DNA of 64,000 nucleotides from assembly GCA_030390025.1 (NCBI GenBank), contig CM059436.1, positions 73,842,001 through 73,906,000 on the forward strand, written 5' to 3'. This DNA comes from Squalus acanthias (lineage: Eukaryota). Positions 49,116-62,632 of the stretch are shown piece after piece. Below the pieces are notes generated by a model. It ran no database searches, had not been told where the DNA came from, and saw only the letters and a program-made list of their open reading frames with translations. The position numbers and the translations under genes are program-made. Numbering within the stretch: the stretch's first letter is position 1; each line of letters begins with the position of its first letter.

Positions 49116-50125
49116 GTAAGATTTTTTAGTAGCAGTATGAGAGGTACAATGGGTACATTTTCCAGTGCCCAAGGCCAGTGGTGTAGGAACAGAACAGGTT
49201 CCGAGAACCAGATCTCCACCACTTTCATGCCAAATGCAGTTTTCTGGCAGGCACTTTAGGTTGGTCTAGAATAGCCTTGCCAAAAACAAGTAACCGTTTT
49301 ACGTGAACACATTAATGCATTGAAATGAAACTTCATCTGAAAATCCATATAAGCTGCATTCCCTGTGTAGATTCCCATTTCCTTAAAAAAAATCTTTAAG
49401 ATTACTCAAGCACGACCTAGCCTTTACAACTCCATGCCAACTCTGTCTGATTAAATGGCTAAATTTAACATTCTATATGTTCACTAATTTCATGCTGTAT
49501 TGTGGATTCTAGAAGTTTACCTTCAACTGAGATAAGACTGACTGGTCTGTAATTTCTTGGCATATTCTTTTCCCTTTTCATGAACAGAGGTATAACATTT
49601 GCCACCATCCAGCCCTTTGACTCTATTGTCTCTTCCCCCAACTTCATTTAGTATTTTGGAATACATACAATGTGGACTGGTTGCTTTTTTTCTATGTTTC
49701 GTCCTTTTTTTAATGTAGTCCAGTAATGACTTTTGCACAAACTCCTCAGATACTTTTACAGTTGTATTTTCACCTTCCTCTGTAAAATGGTATAAAATAG
49801 TTAAAACATCTGGATTGTTAGTCCAGTAACATAACCACTAAGCTACCATACCCCCATTCTAGCTTTAGAGCGTCCTCTGGCCCAGAACTCACCCAGTGCC
49901 CTAGATATAAGATTTCCAAACCATCTTTCCGTCCACGCATTGATGTGCCTAATTTGCTTTACTATTGCAATTGGCATTGAGTTGTTATTTTGACAAACTT
50001 TTTAAGGTTTACATTAATGGTAACAGGAAAGCTTAATAATTGAATGCACTAGAAGGTAAACATAGGGTTGAGCATCTCTCTCTCTTCTCTGGACCATGTA
50101 CAATCTACTGTATATTCTACTTTAG

Positions 50126-50223
50126 GAAGATGTAGGCCTGATACCTCGAATTTGTCAAGGGCTGTATGACAGAATTGCTGGGAAGTCTAGGTGGGATGAA
50201 GCTTCATTTCGCACAGAAGTAAG
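50126..50223 (+). CDS. KIF16B: KIF16B coding exon 5
   Basis: ctttag acceptor; EDVGLIPRICQGLYDRIAGKSRWDEASFRTEV(S); donor GTAGGA; 98 nt. Confidence 0.96.
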
Positions 50224-50674
50224 GTAGGAACCTGGAATATTTTTGCTTTGTTAGTTCAGTCTCCTCAGACTTCTGCGTTATATGCCATTCCCTGGCTGAT
50301 GTGAAGAACCATACTGTGTTCACTGGCACCTCGTAATGTCATTGTGAGAATTAGATGGTTCAGTGTTAACTTACCCTCTGAATTTATCAAAGGAAGTCAC
50401 CAGCGTGGCTGTTGAAGTGTAACACTATTGCAGGAAATGCTCTTATGAGGTATGAATTGAGGGGGCAGAGTAAGAGCGATTTATCTTGTATCGTTGATGG
50501 TTGGACCAAAAAAATGGAACCAGTTTTCATCTTCAGCACCACTATTGGACAGTTTAATCAGCACAAAAATTTATCCTAATTAATTTTTTTTTGAAAAAAA
50601 TCCAAACTGGATGGTTGGATTGGATTTGATTAGATTTTGCTATATAATGTATGCAAAATTAAGAAAAAGTTAGC

Positions 50675-51280
50675 ACCCCCATGGCCTATTTTCCTACTGG
50701 GAGTGCCCCGCGTCCCTCTTGGGGGCACTGCGAGCCAATATCACGGTGCTATGGCGCTGCGGCACGTCGCGCCGCGGTACTGCAGGCCTTTCTCCCCTTA
50801 TTAAAGGGGAGGGGCCTGGCACAGCGTGTCCCGGCGCCCAGCTGGGCCACCAGGGATCGGGAGTGCCGGCAAATGAGCCCAGCACTCTGGAGGAGTGCCG
50901 GGCTCATGGAGAGCAGCCAGCACCCCGTGGGGGGGCTTCACGGGGGCCGGGGACAGCAACGGGGGCAGGTGCTGGCAGGCAGCCAGCAACAAAAATGGCC
51001 ACCCGCCACCTCCCCTTTAACTAGCGCCGCCCCGGCTGCAGGTAGGCCCCCCTGACCCCGGCGGACATAGGTCTGGCGGTAAGTCAGGGGGCGCCACCCA
51101 ATATTGCGAGCGGGACACTGCGCATGGCAATGACTTCATCGCCAGCGGCGCGGCACCACATGGCGCTAACCTCCCGCTAAATTTTGCAGGAGGCGTTAGC
51201 GACGCAGTGCCCAGGCTCTAGTTGATTTGCGCCGCCTAAGGGCGCTAATGGGAGGCGCAAATCAACCGAATTTAGCCCCC
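50675..51280. mobile_element. GC-rich Harbinger-like MITE remnant
   Basis: CpG-rich block ending CCGAATTTAGCCCC; shares GCGCC/TAGCGCC motifs with 39525-39885; left TIR not found. Confidence 0.55.
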
Positions 51281-51329
51281 ATAGTATCTTGAGCTGAGCT
51301 TTAATTTCTATATGCTATCTATCACCGAG

Positions 51330-51830
51330 ATTGCTTACTTCCACCTCCACAATGTTGCCTGCCTCGCCCTTGCTTCAGCCCCCCCGCTCCTGAAACCGTT
51401 ATAAGTACTCTTCAACTTGCGGAATTAAAAATTTCAGTGCCCCCTCACTGGCCTCCCATCTTCCTCCCTTCATAAAGTTCAGCTTGTCCAAATCTCTACT
51501 GCCCGCGTCCTGTCCCACACTAAGTCTCGTTCTTTGATCACCACCATCAATAACCTCCACTGGCTCCCTATCAAGTATTACATTTAAAATCCTTGTTCTT
51601 CTCTATAAATCCTTTCATGCCCTTGCTCCCCCAAAACTCTGCAAGCTCTTCCAGCTTGTAACCCTTCCCAAAGCTTGTAACTCTGCTCTTCTGATACTGG
51701 GCTTCTATTTCTCTCTTTCCCCGCTCTCCCCCGTCGCTTTACGCCACCATTGGCATGAGAACTTTGAGTTTTGCATCAGACCTGCTCTCTGGAACACTCT
51801 CACCGAACTTCTTTGCCTCTTTATCTCTCT
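51330..51830 (+). mobile_element. Old L2 LINE 3' fragment
   Basis: Degenerate match to 31250-31620 (CTCCACTGGCTCCC). Confidence 0.65.
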
Positions 51831-51869
51831 TTCCATCTTTTATTTAAAAAAAAACTTAGGTACCAGCCT

Positions 51870-52265
51870 TGAGACTTGAGCCCATAATCTAGTTTGATGC
51901 TTCAGCGTAGTACTGAGAGAGTGCTGCACTGTCTGAGTGCCGTCTTTCAGATGAGAAATCAACCAAAGCCCCAGTCTGCTCTCCTTAGGTGGACTTAAAA
52001 GATCCCGTGGCACTATTCAACGAACAGGAGAGATCTCCTGGTGTTCTGGCCAACATTTATCTCTGAATCAACATCACTAAAACAGATTATCTGGTCATTT
52101 ATATCTGTTTACTGCTGTTTGTGGGAGTTTTCTGTGAGCAAATTGGCTGTCGTGTTTCCCTACATTACAATAGTTGTTACACTTTGAAAGGTAATTCATT
52201 GGCTGTAAAGCACTTTGGGATGTCCAGAGTTGTGAAAGGCTTTATAAATCCAAGTTCTTTCTTTC
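51870..52265 (+). mobile_element. Deu-domain SINE
   Basis: Similar to 4010-4385. Confidence 0.75.
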
Positions 52266-52515
52266 TCAAAACCCATTTCTTCAGCCTCATGTTTCTCTTG
52301 CTTGGCAGTCCTTCCCAATCAGTATCTGTAAAGTGCTAGTAATGAGTTGTGTAACTTTGCTGTGGGTGTCAGGGAGCCCTCAAGCCACAAGAGCAGGTGT
52401 GGCAGGCAGAGGAATGGATCTGAAAGGATCCTGCTGGTCATGATGTTTGTGGCATGCAAAATTAATTTTGTAATATGTTTAAGTATTAAAAAAACCTTTT
52501 TCTTTCACAAAATAG

Positions 52516-52625
52516 CTACCTGGAGATTTATAATGAACGAGTAAGGGATCTGCTCAGGAGAAAGTCAACCAAAACGTACAATTTAAGAGTAAGGGAACAT
52601 CCAAAGGAAGGCCCATACGTAGAGG
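52516..52625 (+). CDS. KIF16B: KIF16B coding exon 6
   Basis: aatag acceptor; (S)[36 protein letters not shown](D); donor GTAAGA; 110 nt. Confidence 0.97.
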
Positions 52626-53213
52626 GTAAGAATATATTTGTAACAGAAACTTCAAGTATGGGCTGCATTTGTCCTGGATTACGAGTGTTTAGACTAGAAT
52701 GGGGACACTGGACCATTTTCGAAAATTGCTTATCTAAATTGATGGATACAAGTGGATCGCATACTCTTTCATGATGTCAAGATAAAGTCTAAACCGTAAA
52801 TCCATGACTTTCACCAGAAAGAAAACAAAGGAGTGCAATGAGATAATAACTAAGGGCTAAATCCCATGCATGGCTTATGTCTTAGTAGGAATAGTAATTG
52901 GGAATTAAGAAAACATTTATTTTTAGCCACAACACTTGTCTAGGACACTAACAAATCCATACATGACATCTTGCATACACGTTAAACCTTGCTATTGCAG
53001 AAGGAAGACTGCTGATTAGAGTGAGTCCCTTCATTTCAAAGGGTGTCTGTCCTGTGTTCTGTGTCTTGGGGTGGTAGGATACAAATCCATGCATGCAATT
53101 CATTCCCTGAGTTTCTGTTCTTGCGTGGATGAGCTGAGGAGGTGCCAAGTGGAGATTTGATGTTTCCTTGTAAGGGTGAAGGGCTCAAGTTTAGCTTTGC
53201 CTTGCAAAATAAT

Positions 53214-54166
53214 GGCCTGTATTTTGCGGTTGGCGGTGTACCTACAGAGTAAGCCTCTGGCATCCGAATAGAATTCGCACTTACCTGATGGGGACCCTCC
53301 TTTGCGAACTTGCTTTTTGACGCTGTGTACTCGAGGACAGCGTAATGGCCCATGGATCCCAGGGGTGCAGCGTGTGCGGAAGCGTACCTGGGATCACGTG
53401 GGCCTGGTGCTCCAATCAGTGGAAGCACCGAGATTCCTCCAGACAGATATGTAGGAACCAGCATCAGGCTTTTACAGTTAATTGTTCAATGGGATATGAT
53501 AACTAGTACATGGGGGAATAAAGTTAGTGTTAAGTTGGACATGATAACTAATACAAGGGGGAATAAAGCGACAGAGGAGAAAGGAGGGTGCAGACTGGCA
53601 CCTGACCCGCTGAATCCACTCACCGAATGGGCACAGTCGATAACAACAGCACCGTGCGGTGACTTTAAAAGCTTTAATGTCAGGAAATAAGATATAAATA
53701 TATAGTTAGGTTTAACATTTCGTTCTTTATTTGGGATTTAGTATCGGTTGAATTCAGATTGCCCCACACAAAAGAAACTGGCAAAATGACAGTACCAAGT
53801 TTCAACATCAGGATTTCAATAAAATATGTAGACAAAACAAACTTAACAATTTCACTTTTATAAATGCTAAATATATGCCAAACAATGCCCTTAGGTATCC
53901 CCTTACGCTGATGCAAACAGACCCTGCGCTTGTTTGCATCAGCCGCAAAATTTTCGTACGTAATTGCTGGGCAGCTGGTGGGCAATTAGCCCAACTCTGC
54001 ACCAGCAGTTGGGATTTCCAAGGTGGAGCAGATGATTTGTCAAGTCGTAATTTGACAGATCGCAAGTTCGGGATTTAGCAGATGCGGAAATTCCGAACTT
54101 GCGGTCCATTTCAAAGGCGGTATGATTGCGTACTCTCACTATCATACCCACTGAAAATTCTGGCCC
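53214..54166. mobile_element. Composite or diverged Harbinger-like MITE
   Basis: Termini GGCCTGTATTTT / AAAATTCTGGCCC with AAT on both flanks; CTGGGATCACGTGGGCC..CCAATC shared with the 47001 family. Confidence 0.5.
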
Positions 54167-54959
54167 AATGTTTTATTGTTTGTCAATTGTAATGTACAGG
54201 AATGCCGGGCACACTTCTCTGTCTCCCTCTTCCTTTTACTCCACCCCCTTCATAATATCTTTATAAATATGGTGTAACTGTAACAGCATTACAGTGCTGG
54301 ATATCTGATTCATGTGGATCTGGAATTAACATTGCTGATTTTCCATATTGTGAATGACCAGGATTATTTTGGCACGAAATGGATGTTATGCTATGTAATG
54401 CACAATATTATTAGGATTATTGATTTATGGAAACTGAACAATTCAAATTCTGTTTTTATTGCATAATACTTCAGAATTTTTTACCAGCATTTTGAGGATC
54501 GAATTCCGAGACCCTGCCCATTATTATCTATGAAAGCTGTTAAGTCAGTATCCTTGATTATATATTGCTTTACTTATGTACTCTATTTTTATCTCGTACT
54601 TTTTTTTTTAAAGAAAGTGATACACAGCAAGGTGGTAGGCAAGCTGGAGCAGGTGGAGATGGGCAGGGCAAGGCTATCCAGGAGGAAGGGAAAGAGCAAG
54701 TGGTCAGCAAACTTGAGTTGGGTAGGAGTGAAGCAGGGGGGTGGATGTGTGCTGTGCTATTCTGGGGGAGAGGGATGCACATCTTGGGGGAAAGAAGTTT
54801 GCAGCAGTTGATAGTAAAGCAAGTGCATTGTACAGTCTGTCACATTACACTTTCTGTATTACACTTTGACGTCATAGATTTTGATTGGATCAAACTTTGG
54901 CTAAATACTTTTTGATTAGTCCAAATTTCATATTTATAAAACAGCAACAAAATAAAACT

Positions 54960-55760
54960 TTTTTTTATTTGTTCTTTGGGTGTAGGCGATGCTGTCAAGA
55001 CCACATTTCTTTGCCCATTCCTAGTTGCCCAGAAAAGGTGGTGGTGGGCCACTTTCTTGAACCACTGCAGTCCTTGTGATGATGGTGCTCCCACTGTGGT
55101 GTTGGGTAGGGAATTGAAAAATATTGACCCAGTGACAATGAAGAAACAATTATATATGCCCAGGTCATGATGGTTTGTGATTTGGAGATGATGGTGTTCC
55201 CACAACATTACTGTTTCTGTCCTTTACGGTGGTAAAGGTTGCAGGGCAGGATGGTGCTGTCATAGTCATCTTGATGAGTTGCTGCAGTGCATCCTGTAGA
55301 TAGTATACATTGTAGCCACAGTGTGCCAGGGGTGGAGGAGCTGGATATTGAGTACAGTGGCAGGAGTGGCAGTCAAGCAAACTGATTTGTCCTGGATGGT
55401 GCTGAGCTTCTTTAGAGCTGTGTCTGCAACCATTCCGGTAACTGGTGAGTAAGCCATCATACTTCTGATTTCCGCTTGTAGATTGTGGAGAGGCTTTGAG
55501 GGTCCAGGAAGTGAACCATTTGTTGCAGAGTATCCAGTCTCTGCCATGCTCTTGTAACCATGACTTTGATATGTCTGGTCTTGTTACGCTTCTGGTCAAT
55601 GGTGCCTGCCCCCCCTCCCTCCCCCCAAATATTGATGTTGACAATGAATATGCCATTGAAGGTTAGGGAAGGTGTTTAGACTTTTTAATGTTGGAGATAG
55701 TGATTTTTTGGCACCTGTGTGAATGTTACCTGTGACTTGTCAGCCCAAGCCTGGATGATG
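54960..55760 (-). mobile_element. Old Jockey-group LINE 3' fragment
   Basis: TIYRMHCSNS, FFNSLPN..FKKVAHHHL, A-tail. Confidence 0.75.
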
Positions 55761-57084
55761 TTCTGCTCTAGGTAAGAAATCTCAAAGGAGCAAATAAAGT
55801 ATGCGCAGCAAGTAAAATCTACCAATAGAAGAGCAGAAGCTAAACCAATCAAATTGTTCAAAAATATTTTGACAGCCCATCTTTTCTTCAGTTTGCTGAC
55901 CACATACCAGTAAAAATATTAACGAGGTTTATAACATAACAAAAACATAAGATTACATAATTCATATTAACATGACTAATCTTCTATAAAACTATTTTTG
56001 TGCCTTCATATCCCTTCATTAGTGTTTTTACTCAGAGGTCTGAACCTTTCTGAAGTCCTACGGTTTGAATTAATAATCTTCCCAGAGCAATTAATGTCTC
56101 AGTTGGAGAGTTAACAACTACACTTTATTCCCAGCATGCTGCAGGCTAAGCTTGTGCACTGTGGGGAATCTCCCAGTATATATCGGTATGATTCTCTCAA
56201 GCAATCTGTACAGCAATCGAAGCGTGTCTTTGCTTGGGATCAAATAGTAATTGAGTTTGCTTTTCCAAATGATTTCAAAACAAGCTGGAACATACCATAA
56301 AAGAGGGTTAAAAATATAAGTTTTGAGAGGAAAACTTAGAAAATGCTGCATGCTTCTGAACTGACCAGCACCTTCCAATGTCCAAAGATCTTTGGCCAAA
56401 CAGCAATTGAACTTTGAATGACCAAAGGTGAACTCTAAATTTATCATGGCTTTCTTTTTATGGTCTTAAAGGGACGCTGCGTCACCATCCCAGCAGAATA
56501 ATAGCTTGTGCATTACGTAGTAAACACTCCTCTCTAGCATGAGCAATTGCATGGGAAATACGCTACAATAAAAACTGTATGTCTAGCACATTTCTGTCAC
56601 ACTTAAAAAGTCAAAATAAAGGCAGTCATTTGGAATGTACAAAATCCTCCATGAATTGCAAATACCTCAAATGGACAAGAGGCAGAATGTCTGTAATTTC
56701 TGACTGATCTTATCAGAAATAGAAAGAGAACCAGGTTATGAACTGTACTTGAAGAAAAATTAAACACTGACCTCACCGAGTATCTGCTTAATAGCAGTTA
56801 GACTTGATGACATCAAAGAAATTCAGCTTCAACTTAGCAACAGCATAATACATTGTGGATTACATGGTATAAAGCTCCAGTCCTTGGAAAGCATCCGACT
56901 TACTGTGAGCATCTCTGTGGGAGGTCTGCTAATATATTCCAATGTTGTAATCGGAAATAGTTTTAGTGAGGCACTGAGTATTATTGCTGATATATTCAAC
57001 CCAACACAAGACTGATCAATTGTCCATTGTTGTACAAATAGATGAGGCTTCAATTGTTACTGTAATGCATTTATCATAGAATAA

Positions 57085-57405
57085 ATAAGGAGAAGCGGTT
57101 TCCACTGGCAGGAGGGTCAGTATTTAAAATTTAAGGTAATTGTCAAAAGAACCAGAGGTGAGATGATGAGAATTTACTTATGCAGCGAGTTGTTATGATC
57201 TGGAATGCACTGCCTGAAAAGGTGGTGGAAGCAGATTCAACAGTAACTTTCAAAGGGGAATTGGATATATGCTTGAAAAGGAAAAATTTACAGGGCTATG
57301 GGGAAAGAGTAGGGGAGTGGGACTATTTGGATAGTTCTTTCAAAGAGCTGGCACAGGTACAATGGGCCGAATGGCCTCCTGTGCTGTATCATTCTATGAT
57401 GCTAT
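57085..57405 (+). mobile_element. CR1 LINE 3' fragment
   Basis: QRVVMIWNALPEKVVEA; ATTCTATG tail. Confidence 0.8.
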
Positions 57406-57626
57406 GTAATGCATTTGACCTCTCACATGGGCCAGCAATTTGACTTGGGAGGAATTTTGCCTCTGTGAATCTTCACATGCGCAGTTAAGCTTTTTGCTGA
57501 ATCTGCCCCATAATATACAAGGGTCACAATTGGTAACAAGAGAACTGGGTTTATTAACCATCCGCTTATAAAATAAATGGAGCATGAGAGGAGATTCTTA
57601 AGCGTCCTTACTTTATATGCATTCAG

Positions 57627-57769
57627 ATTTATCAAAGCACTTGGTGCAGAATTACACTGATGTGGAAGAACTTATGGAAGCTGGAAACATCAATCGAACT
57701 ACAGCTGCCACAGGGATGAATGATGTCAGCAGTCGTTCCCATGCCATTTTCACCATCAACTTCACTCAG
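57627..57769 (+). CDS. KIF16B: KIF16B coding exon 7 (switch I)
   Basis: attcag acceptor; (D)[47 protein letters not shown]; donor GTGAGT; 143 nt. Confidence 0.97.
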
Positions 57770-59953
57770 GTGAGTGGCCTGAAAACAACCTTAATAGGTT
57801 CAGTTTTATCAAGTATCTTGTCAGCCTGAAGGAATAACTGTCAGTTGTTACTCTTGAGACACTAACGAGAACTAAGTACTGTAGATTTCATTAATGAAGT
57901 TGGAAGACGAAAGCATTTTAATAGTGCTCTGTAGTAATTAGTATTGCACATGTGACGGTTACTGGAATTGCCTTAAGGGCAAAGTGTAATCTGAACTCGC
58001 CTGGTTGCGCATTCTACATTTTAGTGAATGACAACTTTCAGCAAATTTAATTGCAATAGCCATAATTAAGTTATGAAGCTGTATTTCAAAACAATCTTCT
58101 GTCTTTTCAGTTTTAAGTATCCTTTAGATCTTATTAAATGTATTGTTTGAATCTTAAATCCTCCAATGTCATTTAAAATTGCAAAGGTTCATTGGGTTAA
58201 GAATTTGCTAAATTGTCATGAAAGGGTATATTTATTTTTTCCTGTGTTAAGAATAAAGAATACCAAGCCTAAATGCTGTTATTAACCAAATTATTGTACA
58301 ATATTGACCTAGTCTACCACACTTTACACAGATAATCTCTTTCTTTTAAATGTTCTGTCCCTTAGCTTGTATACATGACCAAAATAAATCATGTTTGTGA
58401 GATACCTTAGGACATTTTTCTATATTAGAAAGCACTATATTAATGGAAGTTATTGGTATCCAATCAAACAGCTGCCTTTTCCTCTGCCTCTAAATAAAAC
58501 ACATTATAATAGAGGTTCTTAATGAAGAAAGAATATGTAATAATTTATATCCTTAAAATCCCTTCTCTGAAAAGACTTGCACGACAAATAATATTTTAAA
58601 TGTGACCTTGTAATTAGTTTCTGTTCATAAATAGTTTCAATTTTGTAATCTTTATAGAATGCCAAATGTTGTTGTTATGGGGTAGGGTTTTCCCCAACTC
58701 TTTTGAATTGTTTTCACAGACAAAAAGCGGTTTCTACTACAAACCAAAATCTGTGATCTTGTGTATGCTACAATTGGTATCGCAGACTCAGATTAATAAT
58801 TACACTTTAATTACAATATTGGCCACTGGAGATCATGTAGGATGCCCATGATGTTCTCATGACTGCCTCAATGGCAGAAAATACCATGCAGCAGATTAAT
58901 GAGTACAGGCTAAAAAATAATAGATTTATTAGCAGAATAATACCAAGAAATAGTGAGATATTGCTAGATAATTGAAAACATAATGCTTAAAAACAATATA
59001 ATACTTAAAAACTATAAATTACATCAGTCCACAAGGGGGTAAAATACCATTTTTAGACATGATTTCTTAAGACAAGTTTGATGAGTGACAGGACTTCCGG
59101 ATGCAACAGTTTCTCATAGACCTTCAAGATGTAATATTGTACATAGCTGGCCCAAATTTCCAATCTGCCCACATAATTTGGATCTTCAATCAAAACTCAA
59201 GTCTTTGGCATTATTCTCTAGACTTGAATAGTTCAAAAGCCTCTGAAGTCATATAAGTCAATCATCTTTGATTAACAACACAATGGTACAGAGGAATGTA
59301 TGAACCGGAAAAGACAGCTGAGGCCCATCTGGCCAGTTCCAGTGCCTAGGAACTATCATAATCCCACAATACTTCCATACCTATCAATTTTTTTCTCTAT
59401 GTACTTAATCTAATTCTCTGTATCAGCAAATTTAAGAATCAGCTTTCTCCTTTCCCTTGGCAGTCCATTCCATATCTTTTATGTAAAGTGGTTAAATCTA
59501 AACTGTCTTTACATCTTTCCTGTTTGCCGCTATGCCCTGTAACAGTAGATATTCCATGCCATGCTAACAAGTCAGTTTCACACTTCGCCCAGCTCTCTCA
59601 TATATCTGGTAGTCCTTTAACCATGTATCATTTAATTAGTACCTAGAACAAGGCCCCTGTGCCCTGATAAATCTCCAGAATAGTCAACTTGACCTGGCCC
59701 CTTAGACATCTCAACCTCCATTGTGAAATGTGGGTAAGGGAATACGGTTTCAATTTTCAGTGTGCTTTCTTCACACTTGTATCTTCACTGTGGTACAACA
59801 TTTAAATTTTTATTTTAATATAGAAAATTTAATAGCCTCATTGCATGTCTAGGCATAAAACTATTGATCTAAATGCTGCTTCTACAAGGTTACTATTTTC
59901 ATAAAATGATCATTGTTGAGGGTCATGAGGTTTTTTTTTACTTTAAATCCTAG

Positions 59954-60122
59954 GCTAAATTTGATGCTGAGATGCCTTGTGAAACTATCAGCAAGATCCA
60001 CTTGGTCGATCTTGCAGGAAGTGAAAGAGCAGATGCCACGGGTGCTACTGGCGTAAGATTGAAAGAAGGAGGGAATATAAATAAGTCTTTAGTCACACTG
60101 GGAAATGTCATTTCTGCTTTGG
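59954..60122 (+). CDS. KIF16B: KIF16B coding exon 8 (switch II)
   Basis: cctag acceptor; [56 protein letters not shown]; donor GTAGGT; 169 nt. Confidence 0.97.
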
Positions 60123-60269
60123 GTAGGTTCTTGATTCAAATTTTTCTTAAACCATTTCTAATTTTGGAAGCAACAATTAATGTTTATTGAAAGCAGCTGA
60201 CTGACATTACTTTGGATTTCCATGAGGTTCTTGAAAAGTGATGAATTGAACTGCTTTTTATTTTCACAG

Positions 60270-60401
60270 CTGACTTGTCTCAGGATGGGGCAAATTCTCA
60301 AGCAAAGAAGAAACAAGTGTTTGTGCCTTACAGAGACTCTGTTTTGACCTGGTTATTGAAAGACAGCCTTGGTGGAAACTCAAAAACAATTATGATTGCC
60401 A
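60270..60401 (+). CDS. KIF16B: KIF16B coding exon 9
   Basis: ttttcacag acceptor; (A)[43 protein letters not shown]; donor GTAAGG; 132 nt. Confidence 0.97.
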
Positions 60402-61504
60402 GTAAGGTTTTAGTTTTTATAATGCATACAATTTCAAGTTCCAACATATTCATTTTATTGTTATGCCTATTAACTGCCCTAACCACGGAATGCTTGCTTT
60501 AGAAATCAAAATGGTTATAAATTACATTGAAAAATGTAAGCCAGTGAATAAAAAGTCAGTTGGCTGTGAACCCTGTACCAATTTTACTTGGTTTAGGCAC
60601 CTCCTGATCAGGATTTAGGCTGGTTCCAGATACCAATATCTAGGGTTCTTTGTGGACCCACTCCCTGATGTACGTCTAACCAACTACTGGAACAAGAGGA
60701 GCCTAGATATGATGTGTCTCCACGGTGGTTGGAAAGGCAGAGAAACAGTGCTACAAACAAATATATATTCTGAGTTAGGAATCCTAGAAAATATTTTTGG
60801 TAGATTGTGGTGTGAGTCCTTTGTACTGAAAGTCATTTTATTCCCCAACTTGCATATGCTGTTTTTCCTTCAGCTCCCTTATTCTGCTAGGATGAACAGC
60901 TTCTTAAAATCAGTTTCCCTACACATTGCCATTAATGGTTAAGCCCCTGAGCAAAAGCCATGGACAGGCTAAGGTCATTTAGCCCGTCAAGCTAGTCCCT
61001 AGAATTCCAACTCACCCAGCTTAGCATTCAACTGCAGTTGTATTTCCCTTAATATCTTTGATTTCACAATCTTACCAGGTTGCATATTCCAATCACCCTT
61101 TTGCGTAACAACTTTTTTTTAACATTACCGTTCACTAATTTAAGTCCTATTTCCTACTGGCTTGACTAACCTTGAAATACTTTTCTGGGTTCATCTTGCT
61201 TATACCATTTAATAACAACTGCAGCTTACATTTATATAGTGCCTTTAACATAGAAAAATGTCCCAAAGTGCTTTACAGAGGCATAATCAAAGAATGTTTA
61301 ACATACCTGGTTTAGATCCCCTTTCTCTATCCAGATGGAGCTTTAGTTTCTCTAATCTTTTGTGATAGCTGATCCTCTTGGCTCTTAGGATCATTATGTT
61401 TTCCTTTTCTATACCCTTTTCTCCATTGCCCTCAAATGTGGCAACCAGAACTTCACACAGTTCTCCAAATCTGCACTAACTAGTGCATTATAAAGCCTCA
61501 GGAT

Positions 61505-62250
61505 GAATCATAGAATCATAGAAGTTTGCAGCACAGATGGAGCCCATTTGGCCCATTGTGCTGTGCCAGCCGAAAAAGAGCTATCCAGCCTAATCCCACT
61601 TTCCAACTCTTGATCTGTAGCCTTGTAGGTTATGGCACTTCAAGTGCATACCCAAGTACATTTTAAATACGATGAAGGTTTCTGCCTCTACCACCCTTTC
61701 AGGCAGTGAGTTACAGACCACCCTCTGGGTGAAAAGTTTCCCCTCAACTCCCCTCTAGTCCTTCTACCAATTAATTTCAATCTATGCCCCCTGGTTATTT
61801 GACCTCTCTGCTAAGGGAAATAGGTCCTTCCTATCCACTCTATCTCGGCCCCTCATAATTTTATACACCTCAATTAAGTTTCCCCTCATCCTCCTCTGTT
61901 CCAAAGGAAAAAAACCCTATCCAATCTTTCCTTATACCTTAAATTCTCGAGTGCTGGCAACCTCTCTAGTGCAATCACATTTTTTCTGTAATGTGGTGAC
62001 CAGAACTGTACACAGTACTCTATCTATGGCCTAACTCATATTTTATGCAGGTCTAGCATAACCTGCCTGCTCTTGTATTCTGTGCCTCAGCTAAAAAAGG
62101 AAAGCGTCCCGTATGCCTTCTTAACCACTTTATCTACCTGTCCTGCTACCTTCAGGGATCTGTGGACATGCATTCCAAGGTCCCTCTGTTCCTCTACACT
62201 TCTTAGTATCCTACCATTTATTGTGTATTCCCTTGCCTTGTTAGCCCTCC
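61505..62250 (-). mobile_element. CR1 LINE 3' fragment
   Basis: GAATCATAGAATCATAG tail; similar to 13334-13885. Confidence 0.85.
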
Positions 62251-62632
62251 CCATCCTTGTTTTCAAATCCCTCCATGGCTTCACCCCTACCTATTTTTGT
62301 AACCTCCTCCAGCCTTCCGAGATCTCTGCCCTCCTCCAATTATGGCCTCTTGCGCATTCCCGATTTTCATCGCTCCACCATTGGTGGCCGTGTCTTCAGC
62401 TGCCTAGGTCCTAAGCTCTGGAATCTCCTCCCTAAACCTCTTCGACTCTATTTCGCTTTCCTCCTTTCAGACGCTCCTTAAAACCTACCTCTGACCAAGC
62501 TTTTGGTCGCCTGTCCTAATATCTCCCCACATAGCTCGGTGTCAAATATTGCTTGACAACGACCCTCTGAAGCACCTTGGGACGTTTTAATACATTAATG
62601 GTGGTATATAAATATATGCAGGTTGTTGTTGT
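62250..62632 (+). mobile_element. L2 LINE 3' fragment
   Basis: LVFKSLHG, GGRVFSCLGPKLWN; GTTGTTGTTG tail. Confidence 0.85.

Noticed and set aside
50681-51055. GC-rich ORFs or an internal CpG-island promoter in intron 5
   Set aside because: Explained by a GC-rich MITE remnant with a Harbinger-like terminus.
4905-60401. KIF16B being a pseudogene or using non-canonical introns
   Set aside because: All nine exons have GT-AG boundaries, compatible phases and no stops, and the P-loop, SSRSH and DLAGSE motifs are intact.
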